From: Squalus acanthias
Taxonomy: Eukaryota
Direction of reading: 5' to 3'
DNA length: 64,000 nt
Assembly (NCBI GenBank): GCA_030390025.1
Contig: JASTWF010000033.1
Coordinates: 2,544,001-2,608,000 of the forward strand
The position numbers and the translations under genes are program-made. Numbering within the stretch: the first letter of the stretch is position 1; the number at the start of each line of letters is the position of its first letter. This document shows, in pieces, positions 1 to 12,266 of the stretch. The notes beneath the pieces were generated by a model. It saw nothing but the letters and a program-made list of their open reading frames with translations. It did not search any database and was not told where the DNA came from.

Positions 1-89
1 AGGTGTTGGTTGTCTTTCTAAACATATTGCAATGCTGCTAGGCTGAGTTCCCTACTTTACATCTGTAACAGAACAAATTAATAAATCAT

Positions 90-825
90 TTAGGGACAGT
101 CCCTAACTATCCATCAGGTACATGGGGATGAGACAGATGATTAAGGACAGTCTTTTTGTATGGAATGTCCTAACTATCCTGTTAAATGGGGTGGGAGGAG
201 GGAGGAGTCTTATTGAGGAGCGAGCGTGTGTGAGTTTAGTGACGGTACCTGAAAGCCATCAGACACAAGGCTGAGGGAATGTGTGCTTAGGGACAGTCCC
301 TAACTATCCATCAGCTACACGGACGTTAGGGTGCTTATTTAGGAGGGAGTGTGTTTAGGAAGGATTCCTAACTATTCAGGTATACGGGTGAGGGATCTGA
401 TTGAGGAGAGTGTGTGAGAGTTTATTGACGGTCCATAACTATCCGGTTCATGTGTAACGGAGCTGATTGAGGACAGCGTGTGTTCAGAGTATGTCCCTAA
501 CTATCAGGAACATCTGCAATGGAGCTGATTGAGGAGAGTGTGTGTTTCGATTATGTTCGTAACTATCAGGTAACTGTGTAAGAGAGATGATTGAGGAAAT
601 GAATAATTTACGGTCTGTCCCTAACTATGAGGTACCTGTGCAAGTGAGCTGATTGAGGATTGTGTTTGTTTATGTACTGTCCCTTACTATCAGGTACATG
701 GGTAAGGGAGGTGATTTAGGAGAGTATGTTGAGTTATGGACGGTCCATAACTATCAGGTGCATTTGTAAGGGAGCTGATTGAGGAGAGTGTGTGTTAAGG
801 GACGCTCCCTAGCTATCAGGTACTT
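90..825. repeat. Degenerate ~57-60 bp tandem repeat (core gagctgattgaggagagtgtgtg...gtccctaactatcaggtac)
   Basis: ccctaactatc and gattgagga motifs recur about every 60 bp. Confidence 0.8.
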
Positions 826-839
826 ATCTCTGAAAAAGA

Positions 840-1390
840 CTCCAGCCCTACAACCCTCCCTATCTCCGTAACGTCCTCCAGCCCCGACAATGCTCCTTTT
901 TGTGTAAACTCCTCCAACCCTACAAAACTCTCTTTCTCTGTAACCTCCTACAGACCTACAACCCTCCCTATCTCTGTAACGTCCTCCAGCCTCCAGCCCC
1001 CAGAGCCCTCCTTAAATCTATAACCTCCACTAGCCGCACAACCTTCCCTATCTCATTAACCTGCTCCAGCCCTACAACCCTCCCTATCTCTGTAACCTCA
1101 TCCAGCCCTACAACCCTCCCTATCTCTGTAACCTCATCCAGCCCTACAACCCTCCCTATCTCTGTAACCGCCTCCAGCCCTACAAACCTCCCTACCTCTG
1201 TAACCTCATCCAGCCCTACAACCCACCCAATCTCTGTAACATCCTCCAATATCTACAACCTCCCGATCTCAGTAACTTCCTCCAGCACTACAAACCTCTT
1301 TATCACTTTACCCTCCTCTGGCTCTACAACCCTCCGTAACTCTGAAACCTCCTCCAGCAGCTAGAAAACTCCCTATCTCTGTACACTCCT
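840..1390. repeat. 33-bp minisatellite (cctccagccctacaaccctccctatctctgtaa), left part
   Basis: Tandem 33-bp units; the array resumes at 3865 after a CR1 insertion. Confidence 0.9.
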
Positions 1391-3863
1391 CCTTGGACCT
1401 GGTCCTGTGTAATGAGTCAGGATTAATTAATAATGTCCTAGTTAATGATCCCCTTGGAATGAGTGACCATAAAATGGTTGAATTCCATATCCAATTAGAG
1501 GGTGAGAAGGTTGGTTCTCAAACAAGCGTACTGAGCTTGAATAAAGGAGACTATGATGGTATGAGAGCGGAATTGATTAAAGTGGACTGGGAAAATAGAT
1601 TAAAGGGTAAGACGGTACATGAGCAGTGGTGTTCATTTAAGGAGTTATTTTACAACATTCAAAAGAAATATATTCCACTGAGAGAAAAAGGGTGTAAAGG
1701 AAATGACAGCCATCCGTGGCTAAGTAAAGAAATTAAGGATAGTATCCGACTAAAAACAAGGACATATAAGGTAGCCAAACTTAGTGGGAGGACGGAAGAT
1801 TGGGAAGTCTTCAGAAGACAGCAAAAAGTAACTAAAGAATTGATTAAGAAAGGGAAAATAGATTATGAAAATAAATTAGCAAAAAAATATAAAAACAGAT
1901 AGCAAGAGTTTCTATAGTTGTATTAAAATAAAAAGGGTGGCTAAGGCAAACGCAGGCCCCTTAGAGGATGAGACCGGGAAATTAATGGTGGGAAACATGG
2001 AGATGGCAAAAATGCTGAACAAATATTTTGTTTCAGACATTACGGTAGAAGACACTAAGAATATCCCAACACTGGACAAACAGGGGGCTGTAGGGGAAGA
2101 GGAGCTAAATACGATTAAAATCACTAAGGAATTGGTACTCAGTAAAAATAATGGGACTCAAGGCGAATAAATCCCCTGGACCTGATGGCTTACATCCTAG
2201 GGCCTTGAGGGAAGTGGCAGTAGGGATTGTGGATGCTTTGGTAATAATTTTCCAAAATTCCCTGGACTCTGCAAAGGTCCCTACAGATTGGAAAACTGCT
2301 AATGTAACACCCTTATTTAAAAAGGGTAGTAGGCAGAAGGCTGGAAATTATAGACCAGTTAGTCTAACATCTGTCGTGGGTAAAATCTTGGAGTCTATTA
2401 TTAAGGAGACAGTAACGGAACATTTAGATAAACATAATTTAATAGGACAAAGTCAGCATGGCTTTATGAAGGGGAAGTCACGTCTGACAAGTTTGCTTGA
2501 GTTCTTTGAGGACATAACGTACAGGGTGGATAAAGGGGAACCAGTGTACGTAGTGTATTTAGACTTCCAGAAGGCATTCGACAAGGTGCCACATAAAAGA
2601 TTATTGCTCAAGAGAAAAAAAACAATGTATTGGGGGTAATATTCTGGCATGGGTGGAGGATTGGTTATCTAACAGGAAGCAGAGAGTTGGGATAAATGGT
2701 TCATTCTCGGACTGGCAACCAGTAGCCAGTGGTGTTCCGCAGGGGTCGGTGCTGGGTCCCCAACTCTTTACAATCTATATTAACGATTTGGAGGAGGGGA
2801 CCGAGTGTAACATATCAAAGTTTGCAGATGATACAAAGATGGGAGGGAAAGTAGAAAGTGAGGAGTACATAAAAAACTTGCAAGTGGATATAGACAGGCG
2901 GGGTGAGTGGGCGGAGATTTGGCAGATGCAATACAATATTGAAAAATGTGAGGTTATGCACTTTGGCAGGAAAAATCAGAGAGCAAGTTATTATCTTAAT
3001 AGCGAGAAACTGGAAAGTACTGCAGTACAAAGGGATCTGGGGGTCCTAGTGCACGAAAATCAAAAAGTTAGTATGCAGGTGCAGCAGGTGATCAAGAAGG
3101 CCAACGGAATGTTGGCTTTTATTGCTAGGGGGAGAGATTATAAAAACAGGGAGGTATTGCTGCAGTTATATAAGGAATTGGTGAGACCGCACCTGGAATA
3201 CTGCATACAGTTTTTGTGTCCATACTTAAGAAAATACATACTTGCTCTCGAGGCAGTACAAAGAAGGTTCACTCGGTTAATCCCGGGGATGAGGGGGTGG
3301 ACATATGAGGAGAGGTTGAGTAGATTGGGACTCTACTAATTGGGGTTCAGAAGAATGAGAGACGATCTTATTGAAACATATAAGATTGTAAAGGGGCTTG
3401 ATTGGGTGGATGCGGTAAGGATGTTCCCAAGGATGGGTGAAACTAGAACTAGGGGGCATAATCTTAGAATAAGGGGCTGCTCTTTGAAAACTGAGATGAG
3501 GAGAAACTTATTCACTCAGAGGGTAGTAGGTCTGTGGAATTTGCTGCCCCAGGAAGCTGTGGAAGCTACATCATTAAATAAATGTATAACAGAAATTGAT
3601 AGTTTCCAAGAGGTAAAGGGAATTAGGGGTTACGGTGAGCGGGCAGGAAATTGGACATGAGGCTGAGTTCGGATCAGTCAGGGCCCTGTGGGTGGCGGAG
3701 CGGGCCCAGGGGCTGTGTGGCCGGGTCCTGCTCCTACTTCTTGTGTTCTTTAGATTTGAGGTTAGGATCAGATCAGCCATGATCTTATTGAATGGCGGAG
3801 CAGGCTCGAGGGGCCGATTGGCCTACTCCTGCTCCTATTTCTTATGTTCTTATGTTCTTATGT
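1391..3863 (+). mobile_element. 5'-truncated CR1-clade LINE, disrupted ORF2 (endonuclease C-terminus plus RT)
   Basis: LDLVL...[38 protein letters not shown] across frameshifted ORFs 1393-3660; (ttcttatg)n tail. Confidence 0.95.
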
Positions 3864-3864
3864 C

Positions 3865-4020
3865 CAGACAGACTAACCTCCCTATCTCTGTAATATCACC
3901 CAATCCAACAACCCTCGCTAAATCTGTAACGTTCTACAGCCCGACAACAATCTCTATCTCTGTTAACTCCTCCAGCCCCAACAACACTCCCTATTTCTGT
4001 AACCTCCTCCAGCCCTTCAA
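3865..4020. repeat. 33-bp minisatellite, right part
   Basis: Same unit as 840-1390. Confidence 0.8.
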
Positions 4021-4024
4021 AATG

Positions 4025-4466
4025 TGTCCATAATAGGAAGATTCCCTTTAAAAGCGGTCCCTGATAGAAATACTCCCTCTTTAAAAGCGGACTTTGATGG
4101 AAAGACTCTCTCTTTAAAAGGGTCTCTGATCATGAGACGCTCTCTTTAAAAGGGATCCCTAATGGGTAGACTCTCTCTTCAAAATGTATCAATGATGCTG
4201 TGTCACCCTCTATAAAAGGGGTTGCTGATGGTGAGACTCTCTCTTTAAAAGGCGTCCCTAACGAGGAGACTGTCATTTTAAAAGGGGTACCTGATAGAAA
4301 GACTCCCTCATTATAAGGGGTCCCAGATGGTGAGACTCCCTCTTTAAAAGGGATCCCTGATGGTGAGACTCTCTCTTCAAAATGTATCCCTGATGCTGAA
4401 TCACCCTCTATAAAAGCGGTCGCTGATGGTGAGTCTCCTCTTTAAAAGGGATCCCTGATGGTGAGA
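4025..4466. repeat. 33-bp satellite (tttaaaaggggtccctgatggtgagactccctc)
   Basis: Tandem units, same family as 12363-13435 and 19904-21955. Confidence 0.9.
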
Positions 4467-4467
4467 A

Positions 4468-5742
4468 GGTGAAGGAATAAGCCATATTCAGAAATATACT
4501 CCATTCTATGAAAGAATTCTGGCCTTTGTACCATGACAAGCTGGGCTTGAAAATCTAAAAACCTAACAATGGAGAAGCTGTAAACTGCATACTGGCTATT
4601 GAGGTAAGATAAGTTGTTTACACTGAATCAATAACCTTATTGAAACAAGAGGTTGGAAGTTCCTGAAGTCTGAAGCTTTCGAAAGAACACAATGGTACAC
4701 CCTGATAAGCTGTCCCAAATTAACTTTGGAAAGAAACACAGACAAATAAGAAACCAATGCCACCGTAAAAATGACATCAAATGAAACACAGGAGACACGA
4801 TTTTGTGTTGCAACCAGCTGAGGTAACTAAGAAGGCAATGGTGTCCCCGGTTGCGGTGTTTTTAATTTACATGTCGTAAAAAGACACAAACAAAAGACCT
4901 TGGTAAGAATGACATCAAATAGATGCATCTGCTGTCACACCGTTTTTATGATAAGCTTCGAACACCTAAAGGTAGAGGCACGGTTCTTAATGCTACCAGC
5001 TGAACTGACTGTAGAAGAGCAGGGATCAGCAGAAAAATGACTAGAGATAATTAAAGGACATCAGCAGAAAACTTCAAAGGAAATACCACTGCAAAAGGGA
5101 ATAAAAATTGAACTTTCAAATGGGATGATAGATTCGCTGTAATGGGGCAAAGCGATTCTCGGCTTCAAAGGCAAGCTCTGTAAGTCTACAACTCTTTGTA
5201 TCTCGGGGATCAAGGTACTACACTGTTTTTGATTTTGGTGGATATCCTGGAATAAGACTAAGAAATGTAAAAATGTAACGAAGTTAACATTTGAGAATAA
5301 GGACCTCTGATAATAGAATTGTAAGATTTCTGTTTTTGGAACTGTTAATGTTGCGTTTGAATCACCAATTCTAAATTACATGTCGGTCTTTAATATATCT
5401 ATATATTTTTAGAATTGTCTCACATAATACTTCTGTATCAAACTCGCAAACTCAATCTCTATATGCTCTTTGGTGAGGAGTTGCAGAATTCTGAGTGCGT
5501 TTTCCGCACCTCATAATATCTGGAACGTTACAGTCTAGCTAAACTTATTAAAAGTGCTTTCTGGAGGTCGGTAACATCTTCAGGTTCCTTCTTTCCTTTA
5601 GGGAGAGATAGTCCGCACCTTTAGATCCAAATACGCGTCTTTAGCATTCGGCTACCTCAAACTTTAGTTGAAAGTGAACGGCTGGGGAATACGCCAGATC
5701 GGGGCAGCCCTAAAGGGGCTAGGACAAGAAATGATCCCTTCA
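4468..5742 (+). mobile_element. 5' LTR (~1.27 kb) of an endogenous foamy-like retrovirus
   Basis: Homologous along its length to the inverted solo LTR at 13436-19903 (which begins TGTGAAGG); ends ...ccttCA 2 nt before the PBS; ATTAAA at 5547, GGTGAG donor-like motif at 5472. Confidence 0.85.
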
Positions 5743-5744
5743 GT

Positions 5745-5757
5745 TGGCGCCCAACGT
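5745..5757 (+). promoter_or_regulatory. Primer-binding site, tRNA-Lys1,2 type
   Basis: TGGCGCCCAACGT matches the first 13 nt of the foamy virus Lys1,2 PBS (TGGCGCCCAACGTGGGGC). Confidence 0.9.
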
Positions 5758-6005
5758 TTGTGTTAACGAGTTAATATAGAACCTATACTTATATTTATAT
5801 CTACATTCATCTTGTAGATTTTTAAGTATAGAAGGAATGTTTTACTGACAGTGGTAGTAAGACCCAGATTTAAGTCTCTAGAGACGACAAGTCCCTGATC
5901 AGGCCTTGTTGAACTTAAATCAGAACTCCCTCAATATACCATTGAGGTCTAGAAATTTCTTATAAAGTTCAAATTAAACCCTAACCGAGGTTAGGTCTTG
6001 ACGAA

Positions 6006-7550
6006 ATGGCAAACCCTGTCGGAATTGGCCAAGTTTTTTTATTAGGAAATTCAAACAATTGCTTTATTAGGGGAAATAATCCTATCCCTGTACCTCCACA
6101 GAAAAAGTGATCATTTTTGAAATAGAATGCTTTGATGCCGATGGAGCCGTTAGAACTCATGGCACTATTGATGTTGATCCCCAGAACCAGGGGTACAACA
6201 TACCCAGTGGGATAATCAAACACATACTCCAAATCCACTGAATTCCTTAATGATAAGGTGCACACCCGCACAATTGGGAGCCTAATTTACGGTGCCCAAC
6301 AAGGTGGTGGCAACCATGGACGAATAATAGGATTCGGAGCAGCCTGTGCTCCTGGGGGCCATGGATTCCGGTTAAGGTGGAAAGCTCCTGATGAAATAAA
6401 TAACCAGTATCTTCGAGAAAACTATAGAGAGCTTAAAATCCATTATAATCAATGCCGACAGGCACTAGCTCAATCTTATCTAAATGCTGGAGGCGCAATG
6501 ATTACTGGTCCAGAAAGCCAATCCCAGCAATCACATATTGCGCCCCTATTTCAAGTAAACCTGAGCTCTATCTACACAATGTGTGGTAGCCCGGGAAACA
6601 CCAGCCAGGAAAAAAAACTGCTGGATTCTAACTAACCTTGATAAATTAGAAACCTGTTGTCAAGATTGGAATGCCCAACACCTGAGACAACTACTGCAAA
6701 TGATACTAAGTTCAGACTCAGTTACCCCATTAAACCAGTGTAACAACTGGGTTCAAATATATGCCTATGTTCTCACGGCAACTCAGGGAGGGCATGTACT
6801 GGGATCCATCAAGGAAATACTCACTAATACAGCCACAGCTAAAGGGCTGGTAGCTGCCTACAATTAGGCAAAGTAATTACACAGCATAACTGGGACAATC
6901 AATACCAAAATACAGCCCACAAACTTGACTGTGATGGTGCTCTAAACGATTATCGAGATAACCAACAAAGATGGTATAATGTCAATCGCATTATCCAATT
7001 AAATCATGACCTATTAGGTCTACCCGAAACTAAACCTATAATGAGATCAGAAACCAGGGATAAAAACACCGAAGAAGGTACATTTGGTACTCAGAAACAA
7101 GGACTGTGTAGACCCAAGTCTAAAGTCCACCCCGCCCAGACACAACATCGTGGCTCGGGACCCCCATGAGGCTATTCCAGAAGTTTTACACCTCCAACTC
7201 GCCCACAATACGAGTGAGATTTCTCCCCAGAAAGATGGAATAGAAGAGGGGCTAGACCTCGAAAGGAAAGTGGACTCCCTATGGGGACAGCTTTTACTCT
7301 GGCCAAATCTATCAGGGAGCCCTGGGGGGCTACCGGGAAATCCGAAATGGGGATCAAAAAGATTCCCAGCAGAACCAACGTCCACCCCAACAGGAGGATC
7401 GTCAAGATAATAAATGGTCCAACAAACCCCCTCAGGGACCTGGAAAACATGATACCCCCAAGAGGGAGGAACAAAAATCAGTTAAAATAATTAAAGATAA
7501 AGCAGCAAATGAAACTGAGGATCCTGAGGATGAAGCATCCCAGGATTGAA
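6006..7550 (+). pseudogene. gag: Decayed gag of the foamy-like ERV
   Basis: Lies between PBS and protease; fragmented ORFs 6258-6635, 6583-6867, 7084-7490; no CCHC zinc knuckle seen, as in spumaviruses; boundaries approximate. Confidence 0.6.
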
Positions 7551-9357
7551 GGCCTGGCACCAGCCACGGGCCCTTGAATTCCCCTATGCCCTGGTAACCT
7601 TGCCCACAAACATACAATTGAAGGCCTTGTTTGATACGGGAGCTGATCACACTGTAATAGATCCTGCAATTATAAAAACTAAGTGAACAGATTTGGGGAG
7701 CCCAATTTGTAAAAGACCATTCGGGGGATTCACACAAGACAAAACCAAAATAATGAATTTTACAAAATACCTATTACTATATATGGAATCATGGTGACCA
7801 TAGATGTAGGACTGGTACCACAAATGGCCTGTTCCCTCATTATAGGACAACGAGACATGAAACATTACCTTAAAATCTCAACCAGACCTGTAGAAGCATC
7901 CACGGACCAGGATGACATGGAAAAAACATGTTCCGACACATCTTGATCGAACTTGCCTAGAGGGGGGAGGCAAAGACCTCCGAGAGCAACTCATTAATAG
8001 ATAATACCCTTATCTACAACGCCATCCAAATCAATGTGTCAAGATACACATCAAACCCCACCCACTTGATGATGGCTGGCGCAAACCTAAAAAACAGTGG
8101 CCTATTCAAGACCACAAAGGAAAAATAGATCTCCTAACAACGCTCAAAGAACTAAAAGAACAAGGTGTCTTAATCAAAATGGCATCTAGAACTAATTCAC
8201 CATTGTTGGGTGTTGCTAAACCAGATGGGAGGTGGAGATTAGTGGTCGATTATACAGCCTTAAATAAGTTAACGGCCCCACATACTGCACAACAGCAAAA
8301 TTCCACAGCCCTTCTCTCTGGAATCACGAGGGGAAAATATAAATCTTGTATTGATCGAGCAATCGGTTTCTGGTCACATCCAATACAAAAAGCTGATTGT
8401 CCAAAAATAGCGATGACTGGACCCGATGACCATCAGTATTGCTGGACCAGATTGCCCCAGGGATTTCAATACAGCCCCGTTCTCTTTTCAGCCCACATCA
8501 TTGACCTTTTAAAATACCTACCTAACGTCAAATCTTATGTGGACGATATATATCTGTCACATGACATTCTCCAAGAACACTTGCAGCCATTGATTCTGTT
8601 TTATCCAGACTTAGAACTGCTGGGTACTTAATCAACATAAAAAATATTCAACTAGTTAGGGAAGAGGTAGATTTTCTGGGCCTGCGAATAGCGGGAAACG
8701 GTAGAGGATTAACTCAACCCTATAAGGAAAAATTAGTCACCATTGAAAATCCTAAAACAATGAAAATTCGGCAAAGTAGTTCAGGACTTCTGAATTTTGC
8801 TCAATCCTTTACGCCAACCTTTTCCGAGCTCTCAGCACCCCTGTATGCTAGAGTGGGCGAAGCAGCAAAAGGACCATTCATATTTTCACCAGATGATTAC
8901 TCAAAATTATGCCGAGAGGTACAAAAAGCCATGGACCTGGAACAGAGGGACTTCGAATTTCCCCTCAATATTCATCTCAGGTCATCACCTAAAGTGACAG
9001 TTGCAGTTTTCTATAATGAAAAGAGCATAGTGCCCATTCAGTTCCATTCTTAGAACGTTTCCAATGTTGAAAGGGTCATGACTATGGTAGTCCAATGACT
9101 CATCAAGGCACGAACCCTTCAAGGGAAAGACCCCATTACCATCTGGACTGAGATTCCCGATTTAAGATCAGTATTGAGGATGGTTTCTGATGAAAGAAGA
9201 GCCATCCAGCTCCGATATGATAAATGGGGATCGTTCTTGAATGATCCTACACTCATTTTTAAATTCCTCTCCCCGGAAATGGACTTAGAGCATCTCCCCA
9301 TCATGGACGGTGATGATACGGAAGAGGGAATCAAACAAAAATCTATGAGACCTCTTG
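7550..9357 (+). pseudogene. pol: Decayed pro-pol (protease, RT, connection) of the foamy-like ERV; truncated before RNase H/IN/env
   Basis: LFDTGADHT at ~7627; KPDGRWRLVVDY..LNK, QYCWTRLPQGF, YVDDIYLSHD, RYDKWGSFLNDP parallel prototype foamy virus Pol motifs; stops and frameshifts. Confidence 0.9.
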
Positions 9358-9380
9358 GAGACACCCTCTTTAAAAGGGGT

Positions 9381-9537
9381 CAGTGTCAATAACTTATCTT
9401 AACTCAATAGCCTGTATGCTGTTTATAGCTTTAGATTGTTGAGGCTTTCAGAATTCCAAACATAGTTTGTCATGTTTCAATAAGGCCAGAATTATTTCGT
9501 AGAATTATGTATTTTTCTAAATATGGCGTATTCCTTC
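9381..9537 (-). mobile_element. Inverted fragment of the foamy-like LTR 5' (U3) end
   Basis: Highly similar to 19744-19900; continues at 12348 after the Penelope insertion. Confidence 0.85.
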
Positions 9538-9586
9538 TTGAGAGGTCGCACAACACCAGGTTATAGTCCAACAGTTTTATTTGAAA

Positions 9587-9625
9587 TCACAAGCTTTCGG
9601 AGCTATCGCTCCTTCCTCAGGTGAA
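9587..9625 (-). ncRNA. Minimal type I hammerhead ribozyme motif (Penelope 3' end)
   Basis: tcacCTGAGGA-ggagc(gata)gctcc-GAAAgcttgtga on minus strand. Confidence 0.75.
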
Positions 9626-9957
9626 GTAAATTGGATACAGAATCGCCAGAGCATATATAGATGGAAAAAAAAACATGTGTACTTTACAATTGCAGACCAA
9701 TAAATTAAATCATCCTGACTATCTGCCGAGGTGTGATAAAGTTAATTAAGTCAGCCAGGAAGGTACCACATCAAAAGACATAGCAAGATACAACTGAGAC
9801 AATGAGGTGTAGTCGCAGGGGTTCTAACGTGTCAAAAGCTGCCGTCTGTATGTAAAACGAAAAGCTTTAAAAAAAAATTACTTTTTTACTGGGAAAATTT
9901 TTACTTTTTTACTGGGAATCACATCTGTGAACAAGCTAACGACGACTCGAGTCCGGA

Positions 9958-11718
9958 TCACGTCATGTATCGTGACATAAACCCAAGATCCCGATTGAGA
10001 CCGTCTTCATGAGTGCGGAACTTGGCTATCAGTTTCTGCTCGATGATTTTGCGTTGTCGTGTGTTTCTAAGGTTGCCTTGGAGAACGCTTACCCGCAGAT
10101 CCGAGGCTGAATGTCCTTGACTGCTGAAGTGTTCCCCGACTGGGAGGTAACAATCCTGCCTGGCGATTGTTGCGCGGTGCTCGTTCATACGTTGTCTCAG
10201 TGTCTGCATGGTCTCGCCGATGTACCATGCCGCGGTGCATTCTTTCCTGCAACGTATGAGGTAGACAACGTTGGCCGAGTCACATGAGTATGTACCATGT
10301 ACCTGGTGGGTAGTGTCCTCACGTGTGATGGTGGTATCTGTGTTGATGATCTGGCATGTCTTGCAGAGTTTGCCATGGCAGGGTTGTGTGGTGTCGTGGT
10401 CGCTGTTATCCTGAAAGCTGGGTAATTTGCTGCGAACGATGGTACTTCTGAGGTTAAGCGGCTGTTTGAAGGCAAGTAGTGGAGGCGTGGGGATGGCCTT
10501 AGCGAGGTGTTTGTCGTCATCGATGACATGTTGAAGGCTGCGAAGAACATGTCGTAGTTTCTCCGCTCCGGGGAAGTACTGGACGACGTAGGGTACCCTG
10601 TTGGTTGTGTCCCGTGTTTGCCTTCTGAGGAGGTCTATGCGATTTTTCGCTGTGGCCCGTCGGAACTGTCGATCGATGAGTCGAGCGTCATATCCCGTTC
10701 TTACGAGGGCGTTTTTCAGCGTCCGTAGGTGTCCATCGCGTTCCTCCTCGTCTGAGCAGATCCTGTGTATTCGCAGGGCTTGTCCATAGGGGATGGCTTC
10801 TTTAACATGGTTAGGGTGGAAGCTGGAGAAGTGGAGCATCGTGAGGTTGTCCGTGGGCTTGCGGTAGAGTGAAGTGCTGAGGTGTCCGTCTTTGATGGAG
10901 ATTCGTGTGTCCAGGAATGAGACCGATTCTGAGGAGTAGTCCATGGTGAGTTTGATGGTGGGATGGAACTTGTTTATGTTATCGTGTAGTCTTTTCAGTG
11001 ATCCTTCGCCATGGGTCCAAAGGAAGAAAATGTCGTCGATGTATCTGGTGTACAGCGTTGGCTGGAGGTCCTGTGCAGCGAAGAAGTCTTGCTCGAACTT
11101 GTGCATGAAGATGTTGGCGTATTGGGGTGCGAATTTGGTCCCCATGGCTGTTCCGTGTGTTTGGGTAAAAAAATGGTTGTCGAAGGTGAAGACATTGTGG
11201 TCAAGGATGAAGCGGATGAGTTGTAGGATGGCGTCTGGAGATTGGCTGTTGTTGATGTTGAGTACTGAGGCTGTTGCAGCGATGCCGTCATCGTGGGGGA
11301 TACTGGTGTAGAGTGCCGATACGTCCATCGTGGCAAGGAGTGTTCCTGGTTCAACTGGTCCGTGGGTGCTGAGTTTCTGTAAGAAGTCTGTAGTGTCGCG
11401 ACAGAAGCTGGGGGTTCCCTGTACGATGGGTTTCAGAATGCCCTCGACGTATCCAGAGAGGTTCTCACACAGGGTTCCATTGCCTGATACGATAGGACGT
11501 CCGGGTGTGTTGGCTTTGTGTATCTTTGGGAGGCAGTAGAAGTCTCCCACGCGGGGAGTACGTGGGATGAGAGCGCGTAGGATGTTTTGAAGGTCTGGAT
11601 CGAAGGTCTTGATCAGTCTATTGAGTTGGCGGGTGTGTTCTTTGGTCGGATCTGCGGGTAGCTGTCTGTAGTGTTCCTGGTTGTCCAGTTGTCGGTATGC
11701 TTCTTTACAATAGTCCGT
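9958..11718 (-). CDS. Penelope RT-GIY-YIG endonuclease ORF, 5'-truncated but uninterrupted
   Basis: LPKIHK..PGRPIVS, DVSALYTSIP, GTAMG, RYIDD, NVVYLIRC...WYIGET; the ATG at 11742 lies in the inverted arm and is a junction artefact. Confidence 0.9.
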   Translation of the reverse strand, partial: TDYCKEAYRQLDNQEHYRQLPADPTKEHTRQLNRLIKTFDPDLQNILRALIPRTPRVGDFYCLPKIHKANTPGRPIVSGNGTLCENLSGYVEGILKPIVQGTPSFCRDTTDFLQKLSTHGPVEPGTLLATMDVSALYTSIPHDDGIAATASVLNINNSQSPDAILQLIRFILDHNVFTFDNHFFTQTHGTAMGTKFAPQYANIFMHKFEQDFFAAQDLQPTLYTRYIDDIFFLWTHGEGSLKRLHDNINKFHPTIKLTMDYSSESVSFLDTRISIKDGHLSTSLYRKPTDNLTMLHFSSFHPNHVKEAIPYGQALRIHRICSDEEERDGHLRTLKNALVRTGYDARLIDRQFRRATAKNRIDLLRRQTRDTTNRVPYVVQYFPGAEKLRHVLRSLQHVIDDDKHLAKAIPTPPLLAFKQPLNLRSTIVRSKLPSFQDNSDHDTTQPCHGKLCKTCQIINTDTTITREDTTHQVHGTYSCDSANVVYLIRCRKECTAAWYIGETMQTLRQRMNEHRATIARQDCYLPVGEHFSSQGHSASDLRVSVLQGNLRNTRQRKIIEQKLIAKFRTHEDGLNRDLGFMSRYMT

Positions 11719-12227
11719 GAACACTTCAGCAGTCAAGGACATTCAGCCTCGGATCTGCGGGTAAGCGTTCTCCAAGGCAACCTTAGAAACACACGACAAC
11801 GCAAAATCATCGAGCAGAAACTGATAGCCAAGTTCCGCACTCATGAAGACGGTCTCAATCGGGATCTTGGGTTTATGTCACGATACATGACGTGATCCGG
11901 ACTCGAGTCGTCGTTAGCTTGTTCACAGATGTGATTCCCAGTAAAAAAGTAAAAATTTTCCCAGTAAAAAAGTAATTTTTTTTTAAAGCTTTTCGTTTTA
12001 CATACAGACGGCAGCTTTTGACACGTTAGAACCCCTGCGACTACACCTCATTGTCTCAGTTGTATCTTGCTATGTCTTTTGATGTGGTACCTTCCTGGCT
12101 GACTTAATTAACTTTATCACACCTCGGCAGATAGTCAGGATGATTTAATTTATTGGTCTGCAATTGTAAAGTACACATGTTTTTTTTTCCATCTATATAT
12201 GCTCTGGCGATTCTGTATCCAATTTAC

Positions 12228-12266
12228 TTCACCTGAGGAAGGAGCGATAGCTCCGAAAGCTTGTGA
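12228..12266 (+). ncRNA. Minimal type I hammerhead ribozyme motif (Penelope 3' end)
   Basis: CTGAGGA core, stem II ggagc/gctcc, GAAA, palindromic AAGCTT, stem I tcac/gtga. Confidence 0.75.

Noticed and set aside
900..1364. Ser/Thr/Pro-rich mucin-like ORF
   Set aside because: Translation of a 33-bp minisatellite; no splice or signal-peptide evidence
11671..11895. Separate 74-aa gene
   Set aside because: Inverted duplicate of the Penelope ORF 3' end
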